From Phallusia mammillata (lineage: Eukaryota), in the NCBI GenBank assembly GCA_965637545.1, contig OZ281499.1:5642001-5706000 (forward strand): a DNA stretch of 64,000 nucleotides, given 5' to 3'. Made by a program: the position numbers and the translations under genes. Position 1 is the first letter of the stretch. Every line of letters starts with the position of its first letter. A model generated the notes under the pieces. The model saw nothing but the letters and a program-made list of their open reading frames with translations, was not told the origin of the DNA and did not search any database. Shown in pieces: positions 47,499 through 61,500 of this stretch.

Positions 47499-48358
47499 CA
47501 GTGGCGTATCCAAGGGGGGGGTGTTTGGGGGTCCGGACCCCCCCCCCCCCCCCCTTTTCAAAAAGTTGTGCGTAAATTAAATAGGCCAAAATCGTTCCGT
47601 TTACCACTGCGTGATAACAGGGAGTCGTTATCTCAAAGACGTGAGCCTTCAATCTCTTGTATTCGCTTGTTATCTAATCGCCAATTGTGACGTAACAAGG
47701 GTTTAATAAGGAGGTTTATGCGCTAACAATCGGAAAGTTACGTTCCGGCTAGGACGCTGATAGCAGTTTCTTGCTAAATGGTAACTGCACTAAGTGCAAC
47801 ATATCAAACTGTTTTTGCATTTGAACAATGTAAAAGTGTTAAAAACGTGTAATGTTGTGTTGCTTTGATCCGCCAAACACGTTATAGTTTGTCAAAAACA
47901 TTAGATCGATGTAAATCGAGTTATGTTATTAGGGTAATTTGTTACTTGCCAGGCACAATTTATGCCTTCTGCAGTTACCACCTTTAGTGCATTCGTGACT
48001 TTGCGCAACTTAACAGTAGGATTACCGCTTCAGCAAGAGATTTAGTTCTTTAGAAATTGGACCCTGTTTTTTTAAGCAACTATTTTGATTACCTGACAGT
48101 CACGCTTATTTTGCAGTTGCAGTTTGGCTGAGTAAGCTAGATAGCAGCGGCGAAATCAGAAAACTACAAAGCTTTCGCTAAAATTACCTGTTCTTCCTGT
48201 CAATTAGATGGGTAGAGAAACCGCCAATTTTGGAAAAAGTGCTTTGCCGCATAACGCGTCGTTTTGAACGACGTGTGACGTCATAATGACGTCATTGGGG
48301 ATTTCCCCCCAAAAAATTGTTGGACCCCCCCCTTTAAAAATTTCTGGATACGCCCCTG
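47499..48358. mobile_element. 860-bp non-autonomous hAT element
   Basis: TIR cagtggcgtatcca / tggatacgcccctg; perfect 8-bp TSD ggatagcg (47491-47498, 48359-48366); subterminal G and C tracts. Confidence 0.9.
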
Positions 48359-48862
48359 GGATAGCGTTGTTGCTTAAAACTTTTCACTATTTGGGGAGCG
48401 TAAAGTTTCGGGTTTGATACGTCACAATGCATAGTTTGGTTCTTAGATATGGGTAAGCATTTTTTTCTTGGTGTTCGAACCCAAGAGGTTCCAGGGGACG
48501 AATCCCGGTCACGTTTTTCAGGTCTTTTTATGGGTCAGGCGCGCTGGACTGTTCCCTGGATAAGCATTTACTACTCGACGACAGCTTGGGTGTAATATTT
48601 ATTGTTAAAGTGTCAATTGTTTTTTGTCCTTGTGTTTCGTGGCCATGTGCCTAGGTGTTTGTTATACTTAATCGGGTACAGCATGTTTCATCTTTCAAAG
48701 ACTTAAGTTGTTAAAGACCACCGTGTAAAGCGACTGATTTTTAGCAAACCCATATTTCCCAAAACCAAATAATATCAACTCTTCATTTTTTATTAGCGTT
48801 ACAACCTCAAAGCTTTATAAACCATAAAAACAAAATAAATAAAATCTGTTAGGTGTTAGTCG

Positions 48863-51660
48863 TCATCCGCAGCAATTTTTCTTCGGCTCCTCCACATTCA
48901 TTCCGATATTGGTGATGTCGGGGTCTGCCTCTAGTGGCGAGTATGTTTTGTCGTTGATGAGAATTTGATTGACAAGAAACTTTGCCGCGTCCTCGATGTT
49001 AATGTTCACCTGTGACGTAACAAAATGAATTACTGAAATCATTCTTTATGAAATCGTAAATTTATTGCAACAAATAGTTATTGACATGTTTGACAGCAAA
49101 GGTTTATGGCAGAAAACTAGAAAACTGAATTTGGCGTTAAAAAAAGTTTTCACTACTTCAAACGTAAAAAGTAGGGTTATTCTACGTTGATTGTAAAAAG
49201 AATCTGTCTTATATTTATTGATTAAACACTTTTTGTCCTTTTTTATTCAATTGCATGGCACATTTTTGTGGTAATTTCAGAAAACCATCTTAAACGTATT
49301 AATTTTTCACCACAGAAAAAACTAACACAGAGAAACAAGTGTGTTATAGTTTTTTTTTTTTAAATACTGCTCTCGTTTTTTAAGTACTGCTCTATCTTCA
49401 TGCGGCTTTAAAGGTAATTCCGTCTTCTCAAAGGTTTCGCCTTACCTTTGCTGAAGTTTCATACCACGCAGCGAAGCCTTTCTCTTTACAGTATTTATCC
49501 ATCTGCTCCTTGTTTTTCATCAATCCTTCCTTCATCTCATCGCACTTGTTGCCTAACAACACGGCTGGAATACTCTTTCCACCAGGAAGCATCACCTGCG
49601 ACAAGATGCCGAGGGTTTTATTTCAAATTTGTTCAACCCAGCTCAAAATAATTATATCCATGTTTTCATGTTGGGATCAGTCCTGATCGCTGGTCTAGAT
49701 TCTAGATAAACGCCTTTGATCATGTTATAAAATTATGTTCATAACTTATGGTCCAACTGACGATCCTCTATTTAAAAGCTGGCATGTGTATAGCATACCA
49801 GACAGACAAGGTGCTTCTAATTCGACCATTGGCTGGCTCACAACTGTCAGGGTTCTAACCCCTATTTCTGGCCTATTTCTGACTTGGAAATCGTTACGAG
49901 GCCTGTTCGATTCTTCAATATGGGCCTAGCGTACTGTGACTTTAAAGAGAAACTTTGCATTTACATTTTAACGTATTTGAAATCCTTAGCTTGGACTTGA
50001 TTTAAGTGCTGTCTTTGCCATGTTTTTCTTATCTTCGCAAAAGACCGAGAATTCTTTGAGCTAGTTGACTTTATGTATTGTTAGCAAAACATTTAATTTG
50101 TTTTCAGTTACTTTCACTTGTTGGCTGAGTCGTGTTTTCTAAACACTCGACAAGTCTCGAACAACCACCAAGAGTTGGACTTGAGGTGCCACTCAGCAAA
50201 AAACTTGACTCAACTCAAGTCACATACCACCAACAACTCAAATTTTAAATCAGACTTGCTAGGTAAACGATTTAACTTTACTTAATAGTAACTCGAGAAT
50301 CTTAACAATACAACATAAACAATCATCTACTTTACACTAAGCCTACTTTGCTATCGAGGTCGTTCTTCCATTTTGCCACCGCTTCAAACGTCGATGCCCT
50401 CGTGACGTCAAAAACGACAAACGCCCCGACAGCTTCTCTGTAGTAAACCCGGGTCATGTTGCCGAATCGCTCCTGGCCTAGGGTTCAAAATGGTTTACGT
50501 TAGTGATTTGTACCACAACGATATTTTTAATATAAGACTATCTAGTAGCATGCAAAAATCACTGCGAAACGTAGTATTAGACCTAGAGTTGTAAGCTGGG
50601 CCGCGTTCGGACTTGTGTTTCAACAAAACGTGCTTGATTCGGGCCTGACTTTACATTCGGCACCATTTTCAATAAGTTTAGGGCCTGATTTTAGCTTTGT
50701 TTTTGAAATAAATCGGTATTGTTTTCGAGGCCCAATTTCAGGCCCGCTTACCACTCTGATTTGACCTCTCCACGTTACAACTTATTGTTTACTCTTTAGG
50801 CACATATGCTTTTGTTTATGTGTGTTTACTAACACTTGGAGTTTGTAAATGTGGACGAACACAAAATGCGCCTGTTTATTCTTAATATCAAACGTTTATT
50901 CTTTTTATTAGAAATCAAAAAGTTGGTGTGAAAAGATATTTGTCAGCAAACAGTGGTTTCCAGTGTAACCATTTTTGTCCTTCTAATCACTTTAAAAAAA
51001 TGTTAATGTCTCCATTATTTGCAAATAAAAAAGTGAACTTTTGTTTTAGCTAAAAAAGCCAAGAGCTTAGTTTGAGTTTGACAAGCTTTCAAACAAAAAC
51101 AAAATTAGTTCTGAGAAAAAATCAGTCAGTCACCCCTGATATACATCAAGCAAGTCCTTTTGGGGCCTTAGGTTCAGAGCCACTGATCCGATTGTATTTG
51201 GGCAAATTTTATCAGGGTTTTTGAAAAATGAAGTCCGGTCTTGTACACAACCACCTGCAATGTCCCAGAGCTGCAGTCGAACTAGTGTGTCGTCGTTCCA
51301 ATGAATAACCTTCAAGGCAAAGTCAACTCCAATAGTTGCCCTGTAGTGCTGTGAGAAGATTTGGTGGACGTATCGTTTGATCACGCTGGTTTTTCCAACC
51401 CCCAAGTCTCCAATTACCAAAACCTGCCAGAAATACATGTTTTATACCAAGTGAAAGATTAATCCGGTTCGAACCGGTTCTGAAATAGTCATAAAAGTGG
51501 TAATTATTGTAAATGCATATAAGTACGATGCCAGGGTTATTAGTTCGAACGTCAGAATAAAAACCAACTTAGATAGAAATTACTAAAATCATTACATATA
51601 TGATTATTGCAATTTTCGCAGATAACAAACCTTGAATAAGTATTCTTTCTTTTCCTCCAT
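48863..51660 (-). CDS. RAB32: Rab32/Rab38-family small GTPase
   Basis: Five exons (51631-51660, 51255-51423, 50347-50477, 49447-49596, 48863-49009): MEEKKEYLFK-VLVIGDLGVGKTSVIKRYVHQIFSQHYRATIGVDFALK...WDIAGQERFGNMTRVYY...NKCD...ETSAK...KKNCCG*. WDIAG is characteristic of Rab32/38/29. Confidence 0.95.
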
Positions 51661-52791
51661 TATGAAATTTAAAAATAAAAACAATTTCTAAACTGCAAGT
51701 TTTATTCTAAAAGTAAAAACAGTATCACAATCCTGAATGACTCGCTGGTTTTTACATGTGTGGCAAACGACTGAAACTGCGTCATCACTTAAACTTTAAA
51801 CCGACGAAAAGTTCTGTTTGTTCTGTTTCTTGCTATACTTGTTTACAGCAGTGAAATGCAGTCGTTGCAAAAAGGTCTTTACTTCTTATTTTAACCGAGC
51901 GAGTCGTATTTTACATACTACTGCCGTTGTACCTATACTAACACCACATCTTTCCTACAAGCCCTTTCCTAGCTGAAGATACAACAACAACATACAATTG
52001 CTTTGTTTCCTTGCCTTATATTGAACTGGTATTTCCGCTGTTTGTACGCTGCAAAATAATGCAACCGACGTTAAAGTTAAAGATTAGCCCGACTCGTGAC
52101 CGACAGAGTTCACTGTGACGTCACAATGCTACTGTCTGATCGCATTTTCGAATTGATGCATTGTTAAAGGCGATTGTTGCGACCGCTTCAAAGGTTCAAA
52201 CGGATATTGGAAATTATGTCTCGAAGTTCAACAACAAATGTAACAAAATGAAACCATAAATGTCTTCTCTAGTTCTGCAAACACGCAAAGCCAAGTGCCC
52301 ATTCTTGCCCTACGTGCCGGCGCCCCTGTCAAATGTATGTAACTTAAACGAAGTCGTAAGAAACCTTGGGCGTAAGAAAGTAAAACCTTGACACATTGTA
52401 ATAAAGCAAATCTTCTATCAAACATAGGCCTATTAAAAACATACCAGTGTTGTTGGGTTAACTGGGGGGCGTTGCCCTACATTAGTGATGCTGAAACTGC
52501 GTGCCGCATTTTTTTTTAATTTTCCAAATTTTCTTCTGTTTCAAGTTCTCTTATGCTTAGTGCTTGATAACGAAAAGTAGATGTGGCAATGCTAGAAACT
52601 TGCTTGACCTTATTTCTGCTAAAATTAGTCTCAAATTTCACCACAAAACTGCAAATTGTTTTGTTTGTCGTATTTTTTTGTTTTTGGCCTGCTTTGTTTG
52701 TCCTAAGTGTATACTACAAAAGAACTCGTTTTTACATTGCGAGAAATAAAAACAAACACAAAAATATGTCACGCAAATTTATTAATATCAT

Positions 52792-53844
52792 TTAAAATTC
52801 CATCCAGGTTCCACTCATTGTCCTGACAAGTTTCCACGAAAAATCTTTCCCAGGTTTTTGTGGTCCCCCAATTTTTGCGTTGAATGCAACACCAATCAAT
52901 ATCCATAAGGCAGTTCCAAGATGCAACAGTGCAATGGTCACATAAGCAGTGTCCCGAATCAAAATTTCTGCGTTAAGGATGTTTTTCAGGAGGTAAACTC
53001 CACAGAAACATCTTACAATAACGAAAGCAAGTGTGTGTATGACTGCCAATTTGTGCTCTAGTCTAGTTTTGTGAAGATTTTCCGGTTTATAACCTTTTTC
53101 ACGCCTCCATGCTGCTGCCCCAATAGCTGCTGCAGAGTCAGTTTGCACTAAATTATTACCTTTTTGACCTGAAGTCTTCTTATAGTTGGAAAGTTGTAAT
53201 ACTTGCAGTAGATTGCTGAAAACGAAAGGAATTTCGTGAGAAACAAAAGTGGCCGTCAGTAGCCAAGCTATGTCTGAATTCTTGCCCAGAAGGTGATGCG
53301 CAAGAGCTTTTCGGTGGGACTTGGTGGGCTTGTTCCATGACGAAGTAGGGTGCAGGTCCATTAACATAGGAACAACGGCATTTCGCCAAACTGATATTTC
53401 ATTTGACAGAGCTCTAACACTTAGTCCTATCAAGCACGTTGCAAGAATGCTGTGAAACAAATTCCTGGTGCTCGTGTTTGGTTTAGTATCACAAATGTTG
53501 TCATATCTTCCACGAACTTTATCTTGAAACTTCCAGTAGGTTTCATAGATCTGGTAACCTAGTGAACACAGGTAAAGATTTGCATGTGCTTCAACATCGT
53601 ACTGTGATGATAGATGTAAAATTGCTGCCCAAACTGTCACCAGCAAAGAGTGAGCGACAGACAAAATGATGCGAATCAAATGATTAATTCGAGAACTGCT
53701 GCTGCTAGTCAAGAGGTTGATTGTAAACGCCAAGAATTGATGAAGCAGTGCCCATCCAAGAACAGTCAGTACTGATTGAATTAAACATTGATGCACAAGA
53801 CAAATTAGCAAAATCATTTTTTTCACATTTATGCATTTGTGCAA
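52792..53844 (-). CDS. Intronless multi-pass membrane protein, probable TLC (TRAM/LAG1/CLN8) domain
   Basis: 350-codon ORF with several hydrophobic helices and TLC-like motifs LAHHLLG, SHEIPFVFSNL and FVIVR; true start may be a downstream Met. Confidence 0.6.
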   Translation of the reverse strand: MHKCINVKKMILLICLVHQCLIQSVLTVLGWALLHQFLAFTINLLTSSSSSRINHLIRIILSVAHSLLVTVWAAILHLSSQYDVEAHANLYLCSLGYQIYETYWKFQDKVRGRYDNICDTKPNTSTRNLFHSILATCLIGLSVRALSNEISVWRNAVVPMLMDLHPTSSWNKPTKSHRKALAHHLLGKNSDIAWLLTATFVSHEIPFVFSNLLQVLQLSNYKKTSGQKGNNLVQTDSAAAIGAAAWRREKGYKPENLHKTRLEHKLAVIHTLAFVIVRCFCGVYLLKNILNAEILIRDTAYVTIALLHLGTALWILIGVAFNAKIGGPQKPGKDFSWKLVRTMSGTWMEF

Positions 53845-54479
53845 GGAAAAAAAGGTAATTAAATTACAGCAATATTATAACTTGTTTACAAACAATGGGT
53901 TTTGGTTTGTAACAGTTGCCCATTGTTTGCGTAGTAAACACTGTAGTAAGTGGTAAAATAAATGTTTTTTTCATGCTATACTTCAGTTGCTTGTCCCTTA
54001 ACTTTGCATTTCCGTTGCAGGCTGTTTTTTCTTCGTAGCCTAAACCTTCCGGCAGTGAGGGATGTCACATAATGATGCATAAAAACGTTTTGTGATTCAA
54101 CACCAATATTGATATGATTGAACAAATGTTTTAATATTTTTCTTACGTTTAACCCTGTGTCACTTCCAACGAATTTAGACCAAAGTTATTTTAACGAACT
54201 TATACCACAAACAATTAGCTATTTATATTTATTTGTCATATTTGTCTTTTTCGGGATAATTTACCCGTGGTTAAAAAATACTGCAAGAGGTTTCAAAGGA
54301 GTGTGACAGGAAAACAGCACGAACAACACAACAACAGACGCCCAGCATACACGTGGTTGCCGCCTTGTATTTGCTCTTTCCCATTGTAATTTGAAAAAAG
54401 AATTCGCTCTTAAAGTAAGATAGACAGCAGGAGTGAGCAAAGCGCCTTAGGTCTCTTCTGTCTGTTGACACGAATTCCT

Positions 54480-55260
54480 AATGACGTAAATACACGGACA
54501 TTGCCAAGGATATGAAAACACGGTTGCGTTAAGTTTGTTCTACTTCACATTAAACCCAATTCCATTTATGTCTATAGTGCACATTTCATACTGCTTATGT
54601 ATGAAACGCACAACAAATGTAGGCTATGTGTTGAAATTAAAAGCGTATTACCAAAAGAAGAAAAGTTTACAGAATATAATTAGAACTTGTTCCTTTTCAC
54701 CGGTTCAAACCGTGCTTGTACATATTCTAACAGCGCAGGTACAATGCGGCCAGTTAATGATGAAATGCTTGCAAAGTTTAGAGCTGATCACGCAGAGCGC
54801 GCGTGATACAAGTTTATTAGCGGTCAACGCGCGAACACGCCCCCTTTTCCATCGCGAAAAACATGCATTTTTTCCTTTTTTAACGCGCGCTGCAGTACAA
54901 ACGCCGAAAATGGTGGATGCAATTGAAAAAAATGTCTGCGCAGAATAAGAGAAATGCTAAAGTCGTGCTCTGTTGGCTGCGCAAAGAGCCGAAAACCACA
55001 GAAAATAAACATTCCAGAAAAAAAGAGAACCTCGGCGAAGTGGGAGACGCGCCCATGTGTGTGATTGGTCGATGCAAAAAGAGTGGGAGAAAAGAAAGAG
55101 ACAAGTCGGTTTTGGCGAACGGATGGAGCTTGAGCTCGAAGCACGTAAACAACTTTGTCGAGCGGCATGGCCTGCGAACATAATAAGATAGCGTGGGTAA
55201 CAATTTTTAGGGCTTAATCGCAAGCACATGGCCTCAATTAAGCCGGGATTTGGAAGTAGC
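54480..55260. promoter_or_regulatory. Probable bidirectional promoter between the TLC gene/Rab32 (-) and HECA (+)
   Basis: Locally GC/CpG-rich (cgcgcg runs, gattgg CCAAT box, tgacgt) between divergently oriented genes; a candidate - strand 5' exon ends at a donor near 54262. Confidence 0.45.
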
Positions 55261-55595
55261 ACTGTAAATCATTTAATTGAACTTGTTAAGTAAAGTAGTT
55301 GCAGGCTGTGCAACATAAAATGCAGTAAATCATGGTAGCAAACTAGTAATGGATTAGGTAAGCTGCACTTGCTGTTGAGGTAGTATCTCAACGTTTAGTA
55401 TTTTTGTGCAACTTGCTGACTTCAAATGCTGTTTTTAGATATTGTATGCTGACACAATAAATCAGAGTACTAAGCAGCCTGTTGTGAATTAAGAAGCCAG
55501 AAAATCGTCTCGACTTGCTTGAAATTAAACCGTGTTGAACTGTAAGCAATTGCACCAAAGTTCATTTAAGTGCGTTCAGATGAACGAAAAGAAAA

Positions 55596-58500
55596 ATGCC
55601 GGGCAAAAGAAACCGAAAAGATAGCGAAAGGTCCACTAGCAGTTCTGGAGCAGCCAGTCTATCATCTGCACCAGATTTATCATCAAGTAGTGGTGAGTGT
55701 GTATGAATATTTGGCTTAGCCTAAATGCGATTGACCTAATAGCATGTCTAGCCAATAATAGTCTACTGCTTAGTTTTTGCAACCTGTTTCAAGATTAGAT
55801 TATGTTTATTTGCTAGTCATATTAAACTTTAATCAACTAAAACAACATTAAATTTGCTGCAAAAACTTGAATACAGTGTTTTATTTTATCTCTTTTGCAT
55901 GTTTTAAAAAAGATCTCATGCAGATTTCAGTATTGTGTATTAGTAAAGGACTATTTCAAAAAGTATTTTAGAAGTATTTGGCACTTTTGCTCTAAAAATT
56001 CCTGTTGTACATTGAAAAAATTTGATAAATGTAGGTGCTGCAAGTTCTAGTTCTGATTCAATTGATGGGGAAAGTGAAGAAATGTCTTTAAAAACTTGCT
56101 GCTTCCCATCTGGATGCCCACAAGGTGAAGATGCATTGACCGAGGAAGCATTGGTACGTAAAAGAGTTCTTAAATTTGATTTGATGCAGTAAAAATAACC
56201 ATGTAGTTTATGTAATATGATTTAATTTGGTTGTAATGGTTCTCTTGATTTGAGGGCACTAATAAATTATGTATACCTGCGTTCGTGCATATTTCATGTG
56301 TTTCTATTGATTTCATTTTCTAATTTTGCTAAGAAAACAAATATAGGTAAACATGCTGTTTTAAAATAAATGGGTAGCAGACTTTTTTAGCTATTGCTCA
56401 AACCATCAAACTATGTTTTAACATTTTGCATTCAGTTTAACTTTACTACATGAATCAGGAAACTGAATTGTATTGTCATTTTAATGCAGGAAATAAGACT
56501 TGAGTATTCATTGGCTGCAGGGATACAGAGGGATTGAATGATTGTTAAAACCTTGCTTTAGTACATTTAATACATACAGACCTTGAAATTTTATTTTGGC
56601 GTGACTTTAACGTTTGGTATGACTGTACAATTTTTTTAGATGGTGAAATTGATTTGCAATTATGATGGATGTACTTCAAGCCAATTTATGCATGTTGAAT
56701 GCTTTACACATTGGGAGGAAGGAATACTCAGTTATCTTAGATCTCATGGTATGTTTATTGACAACAACAAAACTTTTACCAGACTAAACATTTATTGGCA
56801 AATAGAAAGAATAAGAACCTAGAAAATGTTCTGTCACGTTGTGCTATGAATCTGCAAGTAAAAGCAGATACATAATTCTGTCAATAACAACAAACAAATC
56901 GTATATTATACCAAAAAAGAAATAAACACGTTTCTGACGAATTGTAAAGTTGCTATCATGGACGGAATAGTTTGTTTTTGTGCGCATTTCTAACCCTACA
57001 TGGACTCATTTTGAGCTCTGCATTGAACCGCAGTCGACCACGTGGTTTGTGACGTCACACAGCCGCCGCTTTCGCGTGAAAAACGTGATGCGCTGCACGA
57101 GTCCATCGAGATTGTTTTCTACCCGAGCTTACGTGTCAGGTTGCTCGTGGACATTCGATGAGGTCATTAATTCAGTGACGTCACCTTGATGGGTGTTGAT
57201 TTCGAAACTAAGTGGTTAGAAACTTTTGTTTTTTGGCGTTGGCTGATAATTTTGAGTAATCAGCCGTTTGTGCAAATACACGTAGGGCGTAGTTTTATTG
57301 GTACTTGGCTCTTAAACAGGTTGTTTGCGACGAAAACAAACACAATTCAAGTTTGGGAACTCATTTTGCGATTGTCTGTGTGTTAAACTATAGGCTATAT
57401 TCGGTGCTTGGTAATAATGGTTATGTTTTTTTTCACATTTTCTCTTTTAAATTAAGAAGTTTCAAATTATGTTGAATAGATATTTGGTGCGACCAATTTA
57501 GTATTAAATGCAAGATTCCTGCCTTTTACTGGGTATTAAATTTTAAAAAATGTGGAAAACACGTTCTGATTTTTTGGATTAGCTGATAAAAGTGTGCGCA
57601 GCATTTTTCTTAAAGCCACATATTTCAAAAACTTCAATATCGTTAACCGATGCTAGTTTACACAAAAATGAGCTAAAACCTGATATCATCACGGATGTGG
57701 CTGTCGAACACAAAGTCCTGAGGTCAAAGGTTGTTCTTTTTGCCTGAAACAGCCGCAGTTCAACCCATTGCAGCAGCAGTATCGTTTCGTGTAATTTGCA
57801 ACCGCATTGCATGTCAGTGCAAGCTGCGCACGTGTTTACGCCGGCCGGCATTGCGCCCTCAATTTACCCCAGGCCGAGTCGACCTCAATTGACTCTTATG
57901 ACGTCATCTATTGCCCGGCGAAAATTGGACCACCGGCGTTTCGTGATGAACTCATTTGATCTTTGCTTCGATCGATATCAGATGGTCAGTGTTGTTTTGC
58001 GCAGTACGAGCAATTGGGCTTGTTTTCTATATACATGCACATTGTGTATTGTGTGTGCTAACTCAGCGGTTCTCAAACTGGGGTCCGCGGTCCTTAAGGG
58101 GTCCAGTGACATTGTCCTTTAACAATTGCTGCATTTGTTTTAAATACAGTAAACCTTGGTTCATCCGGACCCGTTTGGACTAAAATATTGTCCGGGTCAG
58201 GCAAAGATCCGGAATAACCGATGTCGATTAGTTCAAGTTCTACCACATTATAAATCATTTGTCGAGTTTTGTCCGAATTTGACGAAGATCGGGATTACAT
58301 GAATCCGTTTGACCGAGGTTTGCTGTATTTGAAAAATATATTGCAAACGCTCATTTTCAGAGATATGCAAAACTATGTCTGCAACCACACAGTCAACGCA
58401 GGTCGTTACAGTTCTGTGGTTTATGTAGCGCAGCACTTAGGTTAAATGGTTTCAGCAGGAGGGTGAACGCTTGTCACCTTATGAACGTACATAAGCTCAC

Positions 58501-61500
58501 ACGTGTTCACTTGCTTACATACATCCAGTTTATAAGGGGTCGTATTATATTGACACGTTAGCAATGTTTGATGAAGTCTGGTGATGTCAAAATGCTGTTT
58601 GTTTTGCGTCTTGTGACAAAACCTCGCCCAGTCAGGTATTGAACGACACTTTTGAACGTCTTTTATCACATTGGTTTGTTGTAAAAACAGGTCTTGATAA
58701 AAAAGGGCGGTTACCACATTTTGCGCATATAATGTTATGTATTCAATATTGTATTGTGTAACTTTAGGTTTCAATTCCCTCTGGTGTACGCATAGTCTAC
58801 TCCAGTGTACACTGTTGCTTTGCAAGCAATATGTTGATTCGAATAGCATTCTATACAGCACCTGTCCTAAATCACTGGTTTAACACAATCGGCGTAAATT
58901 GCATTTGCATCTTCAATCAATTTTGTTTGGTATTTCGCAAGATAATTTTAAAGCAAACTATGTCATGTGGCTCACAAAAGGATAAAAAAACACTGGTCTA
59001 CTCATAGCCATGTAATAATCGCTTTAACGCATTGCATATTTAGCGTCTTATTGTGACGTCACAATGTATATTATTTTGCAGGTCGAGCGCGCAGTTGGTC
59101 TGAGAAGCAACGTCGCCAAAACTTATGGACAAAACGTGGGTACGACCTTGCCTATAGAGCGTGCATGTGCAAATGCAAGCATGGACATCTACGCAAAGAT
59201 CTTGACTGGATTCCACAACCAAGCACAAGTACGCTTTCATAAAGCCTATTGTGCTAGTTACTTAAGTTGTATCGAAAAAAATAATAGGAATAAACAGTAC
59301 ATTAGTAAAGAAAAGTGGGGAGAAGGATTTGGATATTTTCCCGCAGCCAAGCGGTCCTTGTAAGACTGTAGTACTCAACCAGGGTTTATGGGGCACCCCG
59401 AAGGATATCTGGGGTGTTTTTAAGGGGTCAATGAAGGCAAAAATGTTACAAGTTTCCAAAGTAGGCTTTAGGTATACTTTAGGTAGTGGTCCTTAACCAT
59501 AATAAATTTACACAAGGGGTCTGGTGCTACCAAAACAGTTTGGAACCACTGCAGTAAGAGAATGGAATTACAACAAAGTTGGTTACATGGCAAAACTAGA
59601 ACTTTAAATGCAGGCTAAAACATTATATTATAGTTGTCCACAAATTCCTTAAAACAGCTTTACGTGTTTTGGGCTTGTTAAGTGTTGCACGATTATTACG
59701 CAGTTTTGTTGTTATGCCGTAAGCTTGAAAAGTCACAGAACAACTGGTTTAGAGCATGACCCGTATTTTGGCATTAAAAGTGTACAGAATAACACGCCTT
59801 GGGCAAAACAACACTTGTTGACCATTCAGTACTCAAAAAAAGAAAATCATTTCTCTTTGAATACAAACAATACCTAGTAAGCAACTAGCTCAGTCGTGGG
59901 AAGATTTATTCCCAACTAGGTTAAATTTCGCAGCTAGCAAGTATCGAATGTTGATAACAATGTAAACGTAAACTGTGCCTTACGTCACAACGCATCATTG
60001 TCTCTAGTTTGTGTATTCGCAAAACTCTGCCCTGATCGCGTTTCTGAAATCCGTTGTTACTTAACAATACCACCTTGATTGTCTTTGAAGCTTGGTTTTA
60101 CCTTAAGCCAAGCGTCCAATTTTGCAAAAAGTCTCAGTTTTAAGTTCTAACACAGCTAGGCAAACGCTTGTACGCCTTAAAATGATTAAAACTATACATA
60201 ATTTTGTTGACTGGCCTGTAACAAATACGCAAAGTTTTCAGTGAATGCAATTTAATAACCTTTCCAAGAGTTTCAGTCTGTTACTCCCAGCAAACTGGAG
60301 TGCCGTAAGATGGATGGTTTCATTAGGTAATACGGCCAATCTCTTGTCACCAGCTAGACTGCTTAGACCTTATAGGTCGAAACAGTGTGCACTGTCTGCT
60401 GTATGGCAACATATGGTGCTCCCAAGTAGGGGTGATAGCAGCTAATGACGCCATCATTTCGATTTTTATGTCCATCCTATTCCTATATGATTTCTGTGGT
60501 GTAACATGTCCTGATGGACCAGTTCGCCCAGCCCTGCTTAAACTTAGATTTATCAACTTCAGACCCAAACAGTGATGCAGAATCCTTGCTGAACGCCAAG
60601 AAGAAAAATCGCAAGAAGCACAAAGATCTACCAGCTTTGGGAGCAGCCAAGTTTGCAAACATGACGAACAGGACAAAATCAAAACCAATCCCGGACAAGT
60701 AAGAAACCCCTAACTTCTATCCAAAAGTAAAAACTAACACATAGCACTTATTGTGGAAAGCCAACAGTTTTTGGCTTCTCCTTGTAAATGCTTTTTCAAT
60801 TTATTTTATGTGCAATGAGCAAAAAAACAAAATAATAGGTTTAACTTTTTTCCCTTTTTACAGCAAAGACGCCCGAATGCGCCACAACTCTACCAGCTCA
60901 GCAGTTTCAGTGGACCAGGGTTACAGCAGCGCTTCACCCAGCACAACAGAAATCAGCCCATACTTATTTTCTCCCCCTGCCGCACACCACTCTCGCTCAA
61001 TGTTCAGTTTCCACGCGTCACAAATGCCCCTTAATCGAGCCCCTAACGGTTTTCACGCCCCCTCAACTTCACCACTACCCGAAATCCCAGATGAAATGGT
61101 GCTCCCTTCACCCACATCGCCTGAAACTTCCCCACCGGGGGCTTTTTCGCCCCCTTTGTCCCCCGATATGCCTTCGTGTAGCTACCGCGACATTGATATG
61201 AACGAAATTCAACGAGTGTTTCCGAAAGCTGCCGAAAACAGCCGACCCTGCACCGAGAGCGACATCCAAGCTATGACGCAGCTTATAGATAACCTGTGGC
61301 GATGTGGAAAGCAACCGACCAATCAGAGAGCAGATGCAAATGCCACGCCCACTCCGGCTATACCTATAACACAGAATCGCGATTATTTCCAACGTTACGC
61401 CTCCAACCAACAAATGAGCGACCCCCACTTCCGTTACAGACAAGATGACGTAGGCACAGCCCCTCCCCCTCACCCCAGTGACCCCCGATCTTACCCCCCA

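Noticed and set aside
54824-55262. Several overlapping 88-137-aa ORFs
   Set aside because: GC-rich promoter region open in many frames, with no family motifs.
55374-55392. let-7-like tgaggtagta in a small hairpin
   Set aside because: Match stops after 10 nt and the hairpin has only a ~6-bp stem.
59082-59228. Apparent frameshift in HECA suggested by ORF 59064-59363
   Set aside because: The exon reads cleanly in another frame (RACMCKCKHGHLRKDLDW); the listed ORF is off-frame.
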